Shown: positions 18,725 to 29,524, counted from the first letter of the stretch. The stretch is 64,000 nt of DNA from Sphingopyxis sp. (GCF_035998965.1 NZ_DASYHE010000103.1:1383-65382); one strand, 5' to 3'. The notes: generated by a model not told the origin, from the sequence alone. Program-made: numbers and translations.

Positions 18725-19012
18725 CTAGAACCAGCTTTCGATCGGATTGATGTCGGAGAAGGGCTGATCGACGTCCTGGCCCATGACCCATAATTTCTGG
18801 CACGCGATGGCAAAAAAGATCAGCGCGATCGTCCACACAATGAAGGTTTTGCGCGCGACCCAGCGGCGTTCGGCTTCGGCCGCCGCGGCGCGCGCTTTAT
18901 AGTCGATGCCGAGCTCGCCCTCGAACTCGGCGACGAGCTGCGCGCGGCGGGTACGCGAAATGTTCGCGAGGCTCGCGTTATTTTCAACAGCCTTTGCGCG
19001 GCGAGTCGCCAT
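18725..19012 (-). CDS. Hypothetical single-pass membrane protein
   Basis: 95-aa ORF with one TM segment and host-like codon usage. Confidence 0.65.
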   Translation of the reverse strand: MATRRAKAVENNASLANISRTRRAQLVAEFEGELGIDYKARAAAAEAERRWVARKTFIVWTIALIFFAIACQKLWVMGQDVDQPFSDINPIESWF

Positions 19013-19111
19013 TGTTGCACCCTGACCCAGATAGTCCTGCCATCACCGTTAGGACAAAGCCCCTGCGAAAGCGTTAACCGGACTAGTACAATTCTGAATC
19101 AGGCCGATATT

Positions 19112-20110
19112 TTAGATGGCGATGACCAGCTTGCCGACCGCACTGCGGTCGCCAAGTTTCGCGATCGCCTGGCCACCATCGGCTAGGGCGTAGGAGCCGG
19201 TGACGCGCGGCTTGATCTTGCCCTGCTCCCACAGCTGGAACAGCCGCGCGACATGCGCCCGGTTGCGCTCGGGCTCGCGCGCGACAAAGGCGCCCCAGAA
19301 CACGCCAGCGACGTCGCAGCTTTTGAGCAAGGTCAGGTTGAGCGGCAGGCGCGGGATGCCGGCGGGGAAGCCGACGACGAGGTAACGGCCTTCCCATGCG
19401 ATCGAGCGCAGCGCAGGCTCGGCATAATCGCCGCCGACGGCGTCATAGATGACATTGGCGCCGCCGGCTCCGACCGCTTCCTTGAACTTGTTCGCCAATT
19501 CTTTCGACTGATCCTTGTCGAACGGTTGGCGGCCATAGACGACGACCTCGTCAGCGCCCGCCTGCCGCGCGACGTCGGCCTTTTCTTCGCTCGATACGCC
19601 CGCGACGACGCGCGCGCCGAATGCCTTGCCGAGTTCGACCGCGGCGATGCCGACGCCGCCCGAGGCGCCGAGGACAAGCAAGGTCTCGCCTTCCTGGATA
19701 TGGCCGCGATCGATCAGCGCGTGGATGCTGGTGCCGTAGGTCATCAGCAGCGACGCACCCTCGGCGAAATCATGGCCTTCGGGCAGGTGATAGACATTGT
19801 GAACGCCGACCGCGACGGCTTCCGCCATGCCGCCGTTGCCGCAACCCGCGATGACACGGTCGCCGACCTTGAACCCGGTCACGCCTTCGCCGATTTCGGC
19901 GACGAGGCCCGCGACTTCGCCGCCGGGGGCAAAGGGGCGCGCGGGCTTGAACTGATATTTATCCTCGATGATCAACGTGTCGGGGAAATTGACCGCGCAC
20001 GCCTTGACGTCGATGACGATCTGGCCCGCGCCCGCGGCCGGTCGCGGAAGCTCGCCAAGGACCAGCGTTTCGGGGCCGCCGGTAGCGGTCGACAAGAGAG
20101 CCTTCATCAT
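19112..20110 (-). CDS. NADPH:quinone oxidoreductase family (MDR)
   Basis: VNFPD, PGGEVAG, GASGGVG. Confidence 0.95.
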   Translation of the reverse strand: MMKALLSTATGGPETLVLGELPRPAAGAGQIVIDVKACAVNFPDTLIIEDKYQFKPARPFAPGGEVAGLVAEIGEGVTGFKVGDRVIAGCGNGGMAEAVAVGVHNVYHLPEGHDFAEGASLLMTYGTSIHALIDRGHIQEGETLLVLGASGGVGIAAVELGKAFGARVVAGVSSEEKADVARQAGADEVVVYGRQPFDKDQSKELANKFKEAVGAGGANVIYDAVGGDYAEPALRSIAWEGRYLVVGFPAGIPRLPLNLTLLKSCDVAGVFWGAFVAREPERNRAHVARLFQLWEQGKIKPRVTGSYALADGGQAIAKLGDRSAVGKLVIAI

Positions 20111-20117
20111 CTTCTCC

Positions 20118-20711
20118 TCATATTGTCGCGGGGGTCAGCCAGGGCTGATCCGTCGCAATCTTTTTCTCATGCGCGGCGATCGCCGCCTCGCTCTTTTCGG
20201 TGAGTGAAATCTCGTCGAGGCCGTTCAGCAGGCACATCTTGCGGAACGGATCGATGTCGAAGGTGAAGCGGTCCTGAAACGGCGTCGTCACCGTCTGGGT
20301 GTCGAGATCGACATGGATCGGATCGGTTGTTGCAACTTCCATCAACCGGTCGATGGCCGATTGGGGAAGCACGACGGGCAGGATGCCATTCTTGACCGCA
20401 TTGCCCGAGAAAATGTCCGAATAGCTTGGCGCGATCACGACCCGGATGCCGAGGTCGCCGAGCGCCCACGCGGCATGCTCGCGGCTCGACCCACAACCGA
20501 AATTGTCGCCCGCGATCAGGATTGGGGCGCCCTTATACTCGGAGCGATCAAATAGATTGTCGGGGTCGGCGCGCAGCGTTTCGAACGCGCCGCGGCCCAG
20601 CCCCTCGCGGCTGATTGTCTTGAGCCATTTCGCCGGGATGATGACGTCGGTGTCGACATTCTTCAACCCGAACGGGATGGCGCGACCTTCGACCTTTTCG
20701 ATTGGCGTCAT
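20118..20711 (-). CDS. leuD: 3-isopropylmalate dehydratase small subunit
   Basis: [32 protein letters not shown]. Confidence 0.97.
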   Translation of the reverse strand: MTPIEKVEGRAIPFGLKNVDTDVIIPAKWLKTISREGLGRGAFETLRADPDNLFDRSEYKGAPILIAGDNFGCGSSREHAAWALGDLGIRVVIAPSYSDIFSGNAVKNGILPVVLPQSAIDRLMEVATTDPIHVDLDTQTVTTPFQDRFTFDIDPFRKMCLLNGLDEISLTEKSEAAIAAHEKKIATDQPWLTPATI

Positions 20712-20712
20712 A

Positions 20713-21561
20713 TTATTCGGCCGCCTTCGGGAAAGCGGGCAGTTTCCCGACATCGCGCGGTTCGTGCTGGATGATCACCGTCGCCTTCAGATTTTTGGCT
20801 AGCGCCTTGAAGCGGCCGAAAGAGGCGAGCGTGTCGGCGCGGTTGGTATTGAAGGTCGGTACCCCGTCGCTGTCGTAATTTTCCTGAAAATGCGCTTGGT
20901 CGCCGCTGAGCAGCGCCGGTCCGCGACCCGCCAGTCGCACCAGCAGCGTGTGGTGGCCCGGGGTGTGACCCGGCATGTCGAACATCACCACGCTGCCATC
21001 GCCAAAGATATCCTTGTCGCGCGCGACCGGCTCAACTTTGCCACCACCGCTGATCCAATGGGCGAAAGGGGTCGGATCGACAAACGCGGGCGGGGGGCTC
21101 TGGGTGAGCACGTCCCAGTCGCTCTTGCCGATGTAGAGCTTCGCGCTTGGAAAATCGGGCAATTGACCGATATGGTCGAAATGGAAATGGCTGACGCCAA
21201 GGATATCGATATCCTCCGGCTTGATACCAAGCTCGGCGAGCTGTTCGACGAGGGTGCGGGTGACCGATGCCGACATGTCGCCGGTTGCGGCAAGCGCCGC
21301 GCCCTTCAGCGCGCTGGGCAAGCCCAGATCCCACAGCATCAGCTGGTCGCCGTGGCGGATGAGATAGCAACCGACGGTCAGGTCGCGGCTCTGCCCCGGA
21401 TAGGCTTCGGTGTCCGAAAAGGCGTTGAGCCGATTGACGCGCACGGTGCCGCAATCGAGGCGAGTCAGGCTGACCTTGGCGGCTTCCGGCTTGTCCTGCG
21501 CGAGAGCAGGGCTGGTGAGGGCCAAGGCCGCTGCAGCCGATGCGATAGCTTTCCAGATCAT
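20713..21561 (-). CDS. Secreted metallo-beta-lactamase-fold N-acyl homoserine lactonase family protein
   Basis: Signal peptide, HFHFDH zinc motif, PGHTPGH, SGDQAH. Confidence 0.85.
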   Translation of the reverse strand: MIWKAIASAAAALALTSPALAQDKPEAAKVSLTRLDCGTVRVNRLNAFSDTEAYPGQSRDLTVGCYLIRHGDQLMLWDLGLPSALKGAALAATGDMSASVTRTLVEQLAELGIKPEDIDILGVSHFHFDHIGQLPDFPSAKLYIGKSDWDVLTQSPPPAFVDPTPFAHWISGGGKVEPVARDKDIFGDGSVVMFDMPGHTPGHHTLLVRLAGRGPALLSGDQAHFQENYDSDGVPTFNTNRADTLASFGRFKALAKNLKATVIIQHEPRDVGKLPAFPKAAE

Positions 21562-21586
21562 ACTCTTGGCTCCCTCTGCCGCGCGT

Positions 21587-23017
21587 TCAATCGATCAATT
21601 CCCGCACGTCGGTGAGCCGTCCGGTCACCGCCGCGGCCGCTGCCATCGCGGGCGACACCAGATGGGTGCGGCTGCCCGGCCCCTGACGGCCGACGAAATT
21701 GCGGTTGCTGGTGCTGGCGCAGCGTTCGCCCGCAGGCACCTTGTCGGGGTTCATCCCAAGGCACGCTGAACAGCCGGGTTCGCGCCACTCCAAACCGGCG
21801 TCGGTGAAGATGCGGTCGAGCCCCTCGGCCTCGGCCTGCGCCTTCACCAGCCCCGATCCGGGGACGACGATCGCCCATTTGACGGTGTCCGCCTTGCGCC
21901 GCCCTTTCAGCACCGCGGCAGCCGCGCGCAGATCCTCGATCCGGCTGTTGGTGCAGCTGCCGATGAAGATATTCTCGATCGCGACGTCCTGCATCCGGGT
22001 GCCGGGTTCGAGCCCCATATAGGCCAGCGACTTGGCGGCGGCGGCCTGTTTCGACGGGTCGGCAAAGCTACTCGGCGCGGGGACGCTGCCGGTGATCGGC
22101 ACAACATCTTCGGGGCTGGTACCCCAAGTCACGCTCGGGGCGATGTCCGCGGCGTCGATGACAACGGTCTTGTCGTAAGCCGCGCCAGGATCGGTCGCGA
22201 GGCTGGTCCAGTAAGCCACCGCGGCGTCCCAATCGGCGCCCTTCGGCGCATAGGGGCGGCCCTTCAGATAGGCAAAAGTCGTCGCGTCGGGCGCGATCAG
22301 ACCGGCGCGCGCGCCGCCCTCGATCGCCATGTTGCTGACCGTCAGGCGCCCCTCGACGCTCAGCGCCCGGATGGCGCTGCCGGTATATTCGATGACATGG
22401 CCGGTACCGCCCGCGGCGCCGATGGTGCCGGTGATGTGGAGGATGATGTCCTTGGCGGTCACGCCTGGGCCAACCGCGCCCTCGACGCGAACTTCCATCG
22501 TTTTGGCAGGCTGGAGCAGCAGCGTCTGCGTCGCGAGCACATGTTCGACCTCGCTGGTGCCGATCCCGAACGCCAGCGCGCCGATGCCGCCGTGGCACGC
22601 GGTGTGGCTGTCGCCGCACACGATGGTCGTGCCGGGCAGCGAAAAGCCCTGCTCGGGACCGACGACATGGACGATGCCCTGCTCGGCGGCGGTCGCGTCG
22701 ATATAGCGGATGCCGAACTCGGGCGCGTTGGTTTCGAGCGCCGCGAGCTGCGCCGCGCTTTCGACGTCGGCAATCGTGAGCCGGTTGCCCGCCGCATCCT
22801 TGCGCGCCGTTGTCGGCAGGTTGTGGTCGGGCACCGCCAGCGTCAGGTCGGGGCGGCGCACGGTGCGCCCGCTCGCGCGCAGCCCGGCAAACGCCTGCGG
22901 GCTGGTGACTTCATGAACGAGATGGCGGTCAATGAAGATCAGGCAGGTGCCATCGGGGCGCTGTTCGACAACATGCGCGTCCCAGATTTTTTCATACAGG
23001 GTGCGGGGGCGAGTCAT
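21587..23017 (-). CDS. leuC: 3-isopropylmalate dehydratase large subunit
   Basis: [37 protein letters not shown]. Confidence 0.99.
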   Translation of the reverse strand: MTRPRTLYEKIWDAHVVEQRPDGTCLIFIDRHLVHEVTSPQAFAGLRASGRTVRRPDLTLAVPDHNLPTTARKDAAGNRLTIADVESAAQLAALETNAPEFGIRYIDATAAEQGIVHVVGPEQGFSLPGTTIVCGDSHTACHGGIGALAFGIGTSEVEHVLATQTLLLQPAKTMEVRVEGAVGPGVTAKDIILHITGTIGAAGGTGHVIEYTGSAIRALSVEGRLTVSNMAIEGGARAGLIAPDATTFAYLKGRPYAPKGADWDAAVAYWTSLATDPGAAYDKTVVIDAADIAPSVTWGTSPEDVVPITGSVPAPSSFADPSKQAAAAKSLAYMGLEPGTRMQDVAIENIFIGSCTNSRIEDLRAAAAVLKGRRKADTVKWAIVVPGSGLVKAQAEAEGLDRIFTDAGLEWREPGCSACLGMNPDKVPAGERCASTSNRNFVGRQGPGSRTHLVSPAMAAAAAVTGRLTDVRELID

Positions 23018-23164
23018 GCGGTTGCCTTAGATCAGCGGCACAACTTTGCAAGCTGGTGGCGATAGGAAACGCAATTTTCGGTCGCGGTACGTCGGTCTCA
23101 TCCCTGTACGGCCATCCCGGCGAAGGGAGTGGCGTGACCGGTTGGGCACGCCTATATTCGCCCC

Positions 23165-23683
23165 ATGACGATTCCCGCCATCCTCGCGCTTATTCTCGCT
23201 ACCGTCGTCGCGATGGAGTTCGTCGCGTGGGCATCGCACAAATATATCATGCACGGCTTTGGCTGGGCATGGCACCGTGACCATCATGAGCCGCACGACA
23301 AGATGCTGGAAAAGAACGACCTGTTCGGACTGTTCGGCGCGGCGCTGAGCATTTCGATGTTTGCGGTGGGCAGCCCGATGATCCTGGGCGCCAGCGCATG
23401 GGAGCCGGGGACGTGGATCGGGCTGGGGGTGCTGTTTTACGGTATCATCTACACCGTCGTGCACGACGGGCTGGTCCATCAACGCTATTTCCGCTGGGTG
23501 CCACGGCGCGGCTATGCCAAGCGGCTGGTGCAGGCGCACAAGTTGCACCATGCGACGGTCGGCAAGGAGGGCGGGGTCAGCTTCGGCTTCGTCTTTGCGC
23601 GCGATCCCGCGAAGTTGAAGGCGGAGCTGAAGGTGCAGCGCGAAGCCGGGATTGCCGTGGTGCGCGAAGCATTGGTCGATTGA
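23165..23683 (+). CDS. crtZ: Beta-carotene hydroxylase
   Basis: HKYIMHG.GW.WHRDHH, NDLF, HDGLVHQR, AHKLHH. Confidence 0.93.
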   Translation: MTIPAILALILATVVAMEFVAWASHKYIMHGFGWAWHRDHHEPHDKMLEKNDLFGLFGAALSISMFAVGSPMILGASAWEPGTWIGLGVLFYGIIYTVVHDGLVHQRYFRWVPRRGYAKRLVQAHKLHHATVGKEGGVSFGFVFARDPAKLKAELKVQREAGIAVVREALVD

Positions 23684-23711
23684 TCGCTGCCGTCGCGAAG
23701 GGCGACGGACG

Positions 23712-24392
23712 TTAACCGGTCCGGTAATCCGCCGTGATCACCCCTGCTGCCGCCAACTCCTCCTCATGCCCCACCTCGCGCCAGCTTTCGGCTAGCGCCT
23801 GCCGTTCCCACTCGAGCATTGCGGGGTGCGACAGAATATGATCGACCCATGCCTGCCCGGCGCCGACGTCGAGGCCATAGGTGCGGATGCGGAACGCGAC
23901 TGGTGCGAAGAAGGCATCGACGGCGGTAAATTCGCTGCCCGCGAGCCATGGTCCGCCGAACTTCGCCAACCCTTCCTCGAACAGCTCGCCGATCCGCGCG
24001 ACATTGGATCTGAGCGCGGTCGACATCGGCTTGGGCGTGACGCGCACCCCGACATTCATCGTGCAATCATTGCGCAGTGCTGCGAAGCCGCTGTGCATTT
24101 CGGTGGTGGCGCATTGCGCCCAGGCGCGCGCGTCGGGATCGCGCGGCCACACGCCCTCGTGCCGGTCGGCAAGATACAGGGTGATCCCGAGCGAATCATA
24201 AATCGTGCGCCCTTCATGGAGCAGCGCGGGAACCTGTCCGGTCGGCGAGAAGCTGCGGAAATCGTCGTAGTTCGCCGGTTTGGTGAAGGGTTCGATGCGG
24301 TCGCGAAACGCGATGCCCAGCGCCTTCATCAATATCCACGGGCGCAGCGACCAGCTCGAATAATTGCGGTTCGCGGTGATCAGTTCGTACAT
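23712..24392 (-). CDS. Glutathione S-transferase family protein
   Basis: NRNYSSWSLRPW, GQVP, DSLGI, EMHSGF. Confidence 0.93.
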   Translation of the reverse strand: MYELITANRNYSSWSLRPWILMKALGIAFRDRIEPFTKPANYDDFRSFSPTGQVPALLHEGRTIYDSLGITLYLADRHEGVWPRDPDARAWAQCATTEMHSGFAALRNDCTMNVGVRVTPKPMSTALRSNVARIGELFEEGLAKFGGPWLAGSEFTAVDAFFAPVAFRIRTYGLDVGAGQAWVDHILSHPAMLEWERQALAESWREVGHEEELAAAGVITADYRTG

Positions 24393-25357
24393 GCTTCGCG
24401 CTCCTGTGCGACGATGGGGGAGGTGTAGGCGGGGTCGTGTGCGAACGGCAGCGCGCTGCCCTCGCGGAGCGCTGCCAGCACGCTGGCGAAGTCGCTGCGG
24501 GCGCGCCAGCCGAAGCGGCGCTCGGCGCGCGACGGGTCGTAAACGCGGTCGATCGTTTCGGGAAGCACCCATCCCGCCGCTGCATAGAGCTCGGCGGCAT
24601 CGGGGTGGGCGCGCGCGATGACCGCGCGGGCGTCGCGGGCAAGCTCCTCGGCATCGTCGCGCGCAAAGGGCGGCGGCGCCGAGAGGATGAAGGTATCGCA
24701 GCCGATCGTCGGCGCCGCCTCCAGCGCCGCAAGATGCGCCGCCGCTGCATCCTCGACCGTCAGGCGGCGGTGGAGCATCTCATTGGCCTTGAGGTTCGGC
24801 CCGCTCGGCACCGCATGGGTGTCGTCATCCTCGGGAAAAAAACGGCCGGTGCGCAGGATCGCCACGTTGATGCCATGCTCGCGGTGGACCAGCCGGCATG
24901 CCTGCTCGGCGGCGAGCTTGGTGATGCCATAGATGTTGCGCGGCGCCAGCGGACCGAAATCCTCGTCCATCCACCAGGCGCCGGTGTCGCCTGCACCGGC
25001 CCGGACGTCGGCGCGCACCATCAGCGAGGTAGTCGAGGTGAACAGGAAGCGATCATTGCCCGCCGCGACCGCCGCCTCGATCAGGTTCAGCGTCCCACTG
25101 ACATTGACGTCGATGAACGCCTGCCGCGGATAACGGACGATGTCGGGTTTGTGCAGCGCGCCGCTGTGGATGATCGCTTCGATGCCATGCTCGCCCATTG
25201 TGCGGTCGACGAGCGGCCGGTCGGCAACGGTGCCGATCACCTGCGTGTGGGCGCCGGACACGACATCGATGCCGGTAACGTCATGCCCGCCCTGGCTGAG
25301 CAACGGCGCCAGATATCGGCCGAGCCAGCCCGATGAACCGGTCAGCAGCACGCGCAT
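24380..25357 (-). CDS. NAD-dependent epimerase/dehydratase
   Basis: TGSSGWLG, YGITK. Confidence 0.92.
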   Translation of the reverse strand: MRVLLTGSSGWLGRYLAPLLSQGGHDVTGIDVVSGAHTQVIGTVADRPLVDRTMGEHGIEAIIHSGALHKPDIVRYPRQAFIDVNVSGTLNLIEAAVAAGNDRFLFTSTTSLMVRADVRAGAGDTGAWWMDEDFGPLAPRNIYGITKLAAEQACRLVHREHGINVAILRTGRFFPEDDDTHAVPSGPNLKANEMLHRRLTVEDAAAAHLAALEAAPTIGCDTFILSAPPPFARDDAEELARDARAVIARAHPDAAELYAAAGWVLPETIDRVYDPSRAERRFGWRARSDFASVLAALREGSALPFAHDPAYTSPIVAQEREACTN

Positions 25358-25431
25358 CGATGATTCTCCTCTGGCTCCTGTACGCGCGCCTTACCCAAGC
25401 AGCGGTCCGGTCCGCAACCAGGTCGCGCGCT

Positions 25432-26739
25432 TCAGCCTTTCGGTGCTGCGGCAACCGGGATCGGTGCTGCGGCCACACCGCGCGCAGGCGGCAACTCGCT
25501 GAGGTCGAGCCAGCCGGCGTCGTCGCGTTTGTGATAGCTGTCGATCACCGTGAAGGGGATGCGGAAGGGAAAGCCCCAGTCGCTGTTCCACATCGCCACG
25601 ACCCCCGTCCGCGTCGCCGGTTCGAAGATCATCGTCGCGCGGTAACCCGAAACCGCGCCCGAATGGCCTTCGAGCCGGTGGCCGCCATAGGTGAAGCTGC
25701 GCCAACCAAGCCCATAGGATGCGTCGCCCATCGCCTGCCGCAAGGTGCCGCCATAGAGTTTCGCAGTGCCGACGCGCGGACGGTGGGCGAGCTGCAACAC
25801 CGATTGCGGCAGCACATCGGGGCGCGCGCCCATCATCGCCTGCATCCATTTGGCGAAATCGACGATATCGCTCTCGACTCCCGCTGCGGCGGGAACGCGC
25901 CAATAGGCTTCTTTGACCGGCAGCGTCTGATGCCCGCGGTGCGGTTTCGCCCAATCCTTGGCGCCGGTCAGCCGCTCCATCCCGAAACCGGCGCTGACCA
26001 TGCCGAGCGGCAAGAAGAATCGATCTTCGACCGCGTTGGAAAAGGGTTTGTCCGCGGCGGCGGTCAAAATCTCGGTCGCCGCATCGAAGGCGATATTCTG
26101 ATAAGTGTGGCAGGTGCCGGGGTCGCATTGCAGCGGCGCTGCGGCGAGGCCAGTGCGGATCAGCGCAGGATTCTGTCCTTCCTCCAATTTCTCGTCATAG
26201 GCGTTTTTGGTAAGACCGGTGCGCTGGGCGAGCAGGTCGTCGAGCGTCACCTGCGTCTCCGCGCCGCGGGGCAGGCGCAGCGACGTGCGCCATGCGGCGA
26301 CGGGGCGGTCAAGATCGAGGGCGCCGTCCTTGGCCAGCGCCGCCGCCATCACGCCGGTGGTGGTTTTGGAGACCGAGGCCCAGCGGAACATGGTCTGCGC
26401 GGTGACCGGCGTGCCGGTCGATACGTCGGAGACGCCATAGGCACGCACGAAGCGCAACTCGCCATCCTCGACTACCGCGACCGCCAGCCCCGCCATTTCG
26501 GGGCGCTGCGATAGCGCGGCCAATTGCCGGTCGAGGTCGCGATAGTCGATCCGGCCGCGCCATTGCGCAGGGGTTTCTGGAAGATTTTCCGGCGCCGTGA
26601 TCGGGATCGAGACGCTGGCGAGCGGTTGGTTGCCGCCAACGACGTGAATGCCAAACCAGCCCGAAAACCCCAACGCGACGATCGCGATCAGGATAGTTAA
26701 AACGCGCGCGATTGACGTTGGGTTGGACTGCGACCTCAT
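25432..26739 (-). CDS. Serine hydrolase (beta-lactamase/class C-like family)
   Basis: SVSK, YQN, HSG motifs and an N-terminal TM/signal. Confidence 0.9.
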   Translation of the reverse strand: MRSQSNPTSIARVLTILIAIVALGFSGWFGIHVVGGNQPLASVSIPITAPENLPETPAQWRGRIDYRDLDRQLAALSQRPEMAGLAVAVVEDGELRFVRAYGVSDVSTGTPVTAQTMFRWASVSKTTTGVMAAALAKDGALDLDRPVAAWRTSLRLPRGAETQVTLDDLLAQRTGLTKNAYDEKLEEGQNPALIRTGLAAAPLQCDPGTCHTYQNIAFDAATEILTAAADKPFSNAVEDRFFLPLGMVSAGFGMERLTGAKDWAKPHRGHQTLPVKEAYWRVPAAAGVESDIVDFAKWMQAMMGARPDVLPQSVLQLAHRPRVGTAKLYGGTLRQAMGDASYGLGWRSFTYGGHRLEGHSGAVSGYRATMIFEPATRTGVVAMWNSDWGFPFRIPFTVIDSYHKRDDAGWLDLSELPPARGVAAAPIPVAAAPKG

Positions 26740-26791
26740 GATTGATCGCTGTCTTAGCCGCAGCTTCCCCGGCCGTCACCCCCGCAAGGGC

Positions 26792-27241
26792 TCAGCTCGT
26801 CAGATAACGCCAGGCTTTGATCGTGCCGATGGCATGGACGGTCCCATAGAGGAGAACGATCAGCGACGACCAGATCGCAAAGCTGTCGCTATGCTGCGGC
26901 CGCCACAGATGGAGCGGCACAAAGATCAGCGCGCGCACCAGATAGATGGCGGTGATCGTCACCAGCCCCGTGCGGAGCAGCGGCAGACGCGGGAGGGCGC
27001 CCGCGCCCGAAAAGGCATAGGCGGCCCAGACCGTCAGCACCGCGCTGATCGCCAGCGTAATCAGCGTCGGGGTCCAGTCACCCCGCGCCGCAGCGCGCGC
27101 CATGCCCTCACCCGCACCAAAAAAACGATACCAGTCGGGACCGCCAAAGATGCACGCGATATGGAGCAAGGCCGCCGCGACCGACAGTGCGCCACCGACC
27201 AGCAACCAAGTCGAACCGGGGTTGGCGGCGACGTCAGGCAA
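26792..27241 (-). CDS. Hypothetical membrane protein (4 TM)
   Basis: HIACIFGGPDWYRFFGAGE and hydrophobic helices. Confidence 0.8.
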   Translation of the reverse strand: MPDVAANPGSTWLLVGGALSVAAALLHIACIFGGPDWYRFFGAGEGMARAAARGDWTPTLITLAISAVLTVWAAYAFSGAGALPRLPLLRTGLVTITAIYLVRALIFVPLHLWRPQHSDSFAIWSSLIVLLYGTVHAIGTIKAWRYLTS

Positions 27242-27268
27242 GCGCGTGGACGGTCTTCTGCCGTTCGC

Positions 27269-27610
27269 TCATTGACGGATTGCCATCAGGTCATCACGGG
27301 TGAAAAGAAGCTGGCACCGCTTCAAAATCTCGTCGCTCACCCGCGGATCGGTCAGATCGCGCTCGTGTTTCAGGTCGACAGCAACAGACAGGTCACTTTC
27401 CTCAAACGCGACGCCGAGGTTGAGCATGGCGTGGAAATCGATCGTCCCGCTCAGAAGGAGGTCGAGGTCGGAGCCGGGTCGCGACGTGCGCGCCGCGCGC
27501 GAGCCATAGAGGCTCACCCGGTCGATTTGATTGGCGTAGCGCGAGAGAATCTGGGCGACGATCCGCATGTCGCCGGCCGACAGGCCCATTGCATCATGCG
27601 TGACGCGCAT
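27269..27610 (-). CDS. Minimal nucleotidyltransferase (MNT) antitoxin
   Basis: GS-x10-DLD motif (GSRAARTSRPGSDLDL). Confidence 0.9.
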   Translation of the reverse strand: MRVTHDAMGLSAGDMRIVAQILSRYANQIDRVSLYGSRAARTSRPGSDLDLLLSGTIDFHAMLNLGVAFEESDLSVAVDLKHERDLTDPRVSDEILKRCQLLFTRDDLMAIRQ

Positions 27611-28013
27611 CGGAGGTCCGTTCCAACGCGGTCAATATCGTGAGGAATCGACCTGCGATCAGCTCTAAGCCCTGATTGCGGATCGGTTCGCTATAGGTAT
27701 GCGACAACTGGTTGCGCAGCTTGCCCATTGCCAGCCATTCGTCGGCCGCAGCGATCATTCCGGCGGCGTGCGCGGCGCGAATGGTCGACGCCGGGGTCAA
27801 GGCTTCGGGCGGTGCCAGTTCTTCCGCCAGCTGATCGGCCAGCAGTTTCCAGCCCAATTCCCACGCAATCTCGAAACGCTGGACCATACCAGCCTTTTCC
27901 AGTTCGCTCAGCGGACGGTTTTGGCGCAGATCAACGGCCTCTTTCAAGCCCGCCAAGGCGCGTGAAAAATTGTCCAGACGGAGCTGGGACCGCGGCGGTG
28001 GCTTGTCATCCAT
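27594..28013 (-). CDS. HEPN toxin (HI0074-like nucleotidyltransferase substrate-binding family)
   Basis: QRFEIAWELGWK and R-x4-H-x-Y (RNQLSHTY); overlaps the MNT gene. Confidence 0.9.
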   Translation of the reverse strand: MDDKPPPRSQLRLDNFSRALAGLKEAVDLRQNRPLSELEKAGMVQRFEIAWELGWKLLADQLAEELAPPEALTPASTIRAAHAAGMIAAADEWLAMGKLRNQLSHTYSEPIRNQGLELIAGRFLTILTALERTSDARHA

Positions 28014-28649
28014 TCAGGATAAGTAGCTTGCCGTCGTTTTCGCAGCAACCTCTTCCGCCGTTACCCCCGGCGCCAGTTCGATCAGCCGGAACGGGCTGTT
28101 ATGATCATCGCGCTTGAAGACCGCGAGGTCGGTGATGATCATGTCGACGACATTCTTGCCGGTCAGCGGCAGGGTGCAGGCCGGGATGAATTTCGGGCTG
28201 CCGTCCTTGGCATTATGCTCCATCACGACGATGATCTTTTTGACCCCGGCGACCAGGTCCATCGCGCCGCCCATGCCTTTGATCATTTTGCCGGGGATCA
28301 TCCAGTTCGCGATGTCGCCATTTTCGGCGACCTCCATCGCGCCCAAGACTGTGAGGTCGATGTGGCCGCCGCGGATCATCGCAAAGCTGTCAGCTGACGA
28401 GAAATAGGCCGACTGCGGCACTTCGCTGATCGTCTGCTTGCCCGCGTTGATCAGGTCGGCGTCCTCTTCACCCTCGAGCGGAAAGGGGCCGATGCCGAGC
28501 ATGCCGTTTTCGGACTGGAGCGTGACCGTCATCCCGGCGGGGATGTGGTTCGCAACCAAAGTCGGGATGCCGATGCCCAGATTGACGTAATAGCCGTCCT
28601 GCAGTTCCTTTGCGGCGCGCGCCGCCATATCGTCGCGGGTCCAGGGCAT
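28014..28649 (-). CDS. scoB: 3-oxoacid CoA-transferase subunit B
   Basis: [22 protein letters not shown]. Confidence 0.96.
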   Translation of the reverse strand: MPWTRDDMAARAAKELQDGYYVNLGIGIPTLVANHIPAGMTVTLQSENGMLGIGPFPLEGEEDADLINAGKQTISEVPQSAYFSSADSFAMIRGGHIDLTVLGAMEVAENGDIANWMIPGKMIKGMGGAMDLVAGVKKIIVVMEHNAKDGSPKFIPACTLPLTGKNVVDMIITDLAVFKRDDHNSPFRLIELAPGVTAEEVAAKTTASYLS

Positions 28650-29524
28650 TATTTCGGCTCCCATTTGGTGTCGGAGGGGAAGGTTTCGTTCCAGCCCAGT
28701 TTTTCCCATGGGCCATAGACGGAGTTGGGGAACAGGAACCAGCCCTTGTCCCACAGCGCCGCGGCGGCGGGACTGGTGGCGAGGGCGGTGCGCTGCGCGG
28801 TAGGCAGGTCCTTGACGTTGAACTGCTGGCTGAAGTCACCCAGCTGGTCGCCCGCCATCAGGATGACGCAATATTTCGACGCGATTGCGGCGCGGCGCAT
28901 ATCCTTGCTCGACCCGGTGGCATCGTCGCCCATCAGGAACAGGGTTTCGCCATGCTTGAATTCGCCGAGCCCCGCGGCGCGCAGCGTGTCTTCGCTGCCC
29001 TTGGCATTGGCGGCGGTGCGGTTGGTGTTGGCAACAATGGTGATGCCCGCCGCGCGCAGTTTGCCGAGCATGTCGGCGGTGCCGGGCATGGCGACCGCCT
29101 TGCCCGCGCCGGTCTTTTCCCACTGGTCCCAGATTTTGGGATCATAGGTCGAGCCCTGTTCGGCGAAGTAGCGCATCGGGCCGAGGTTCCAGATCAGCGT
29201 CTCGTCGGCATCGAACACCGCGGCAAAGGGCTTGTTGCCGCAGGGTTCGAAGCGCGGCGCGGTCATGGTGGCGCCCGGCACCAAGACAACGCTGTCGGTC
29301 GGCCGCTGCTTGACGCGCTGCACAGCATAGTCCGCGATGCGCACATTGGTGGCGCGGATGGCAATTGCGGCTTCGGCTGAACCATAGAGATATTGCAGCG
29401 CCACGGGCGGTTTGGCGGCTTCGGCGGGGGTAGCGACGGGTGGCGAGGTCGCCACTGTCGTGGGATTGGTCGCACAGCCTGCGAGGAGCAGGGCGGCAAT
29501 CGAGATCAATTGCGCTTTCATCAA
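28649..29524 (-). CDS. Class C acid phosphatase / 5'-nucleotidase lipoprotein (HAD, e(P4)-like)
   Basis: Lipobox [28 protein letters not shown]. Confidence 0.88.
   Translation of the reverse strand: MMKAQLISIAALLLAGCATNPTTVATSPPVATPAEAAKPPVALQYLYGSAEAAIAIRATNVRIADYAVQRVKQRPTDSVVLVPGATMTAPRFEPCGNKPFAAVFDADETLIWNLGPMRYFAEQGSTYDPKIWDQWEKTGAGKAVAMPGTADMLGKLRAAGITIVANTNRTAANAKGSEDTLRAAGLGEFKHGETLFLMGDDATGSSKDMRRAAIASKYCVILMAGDQLGDFSQQFNVKDLPTAQRTALATSPAAAALWDKGWFLFPNSVYGPWEKLGWNETFPSDTKWEPK

Noticed and set aside
19074-19080. Isolated GTTAACC half sites (19073, 23712, 15385, 58048) as CtrA boxes
   Set aside because: There is no correctly spaced second half site, and some coincide with stop codons.
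25432-26739. Antibiotic-resistance beta-lactamase
   Set aside because: The SxxK/YxN/HSG motifs fit the broad serine hydrolase family. Nothing indicates beta-lactam specificity.
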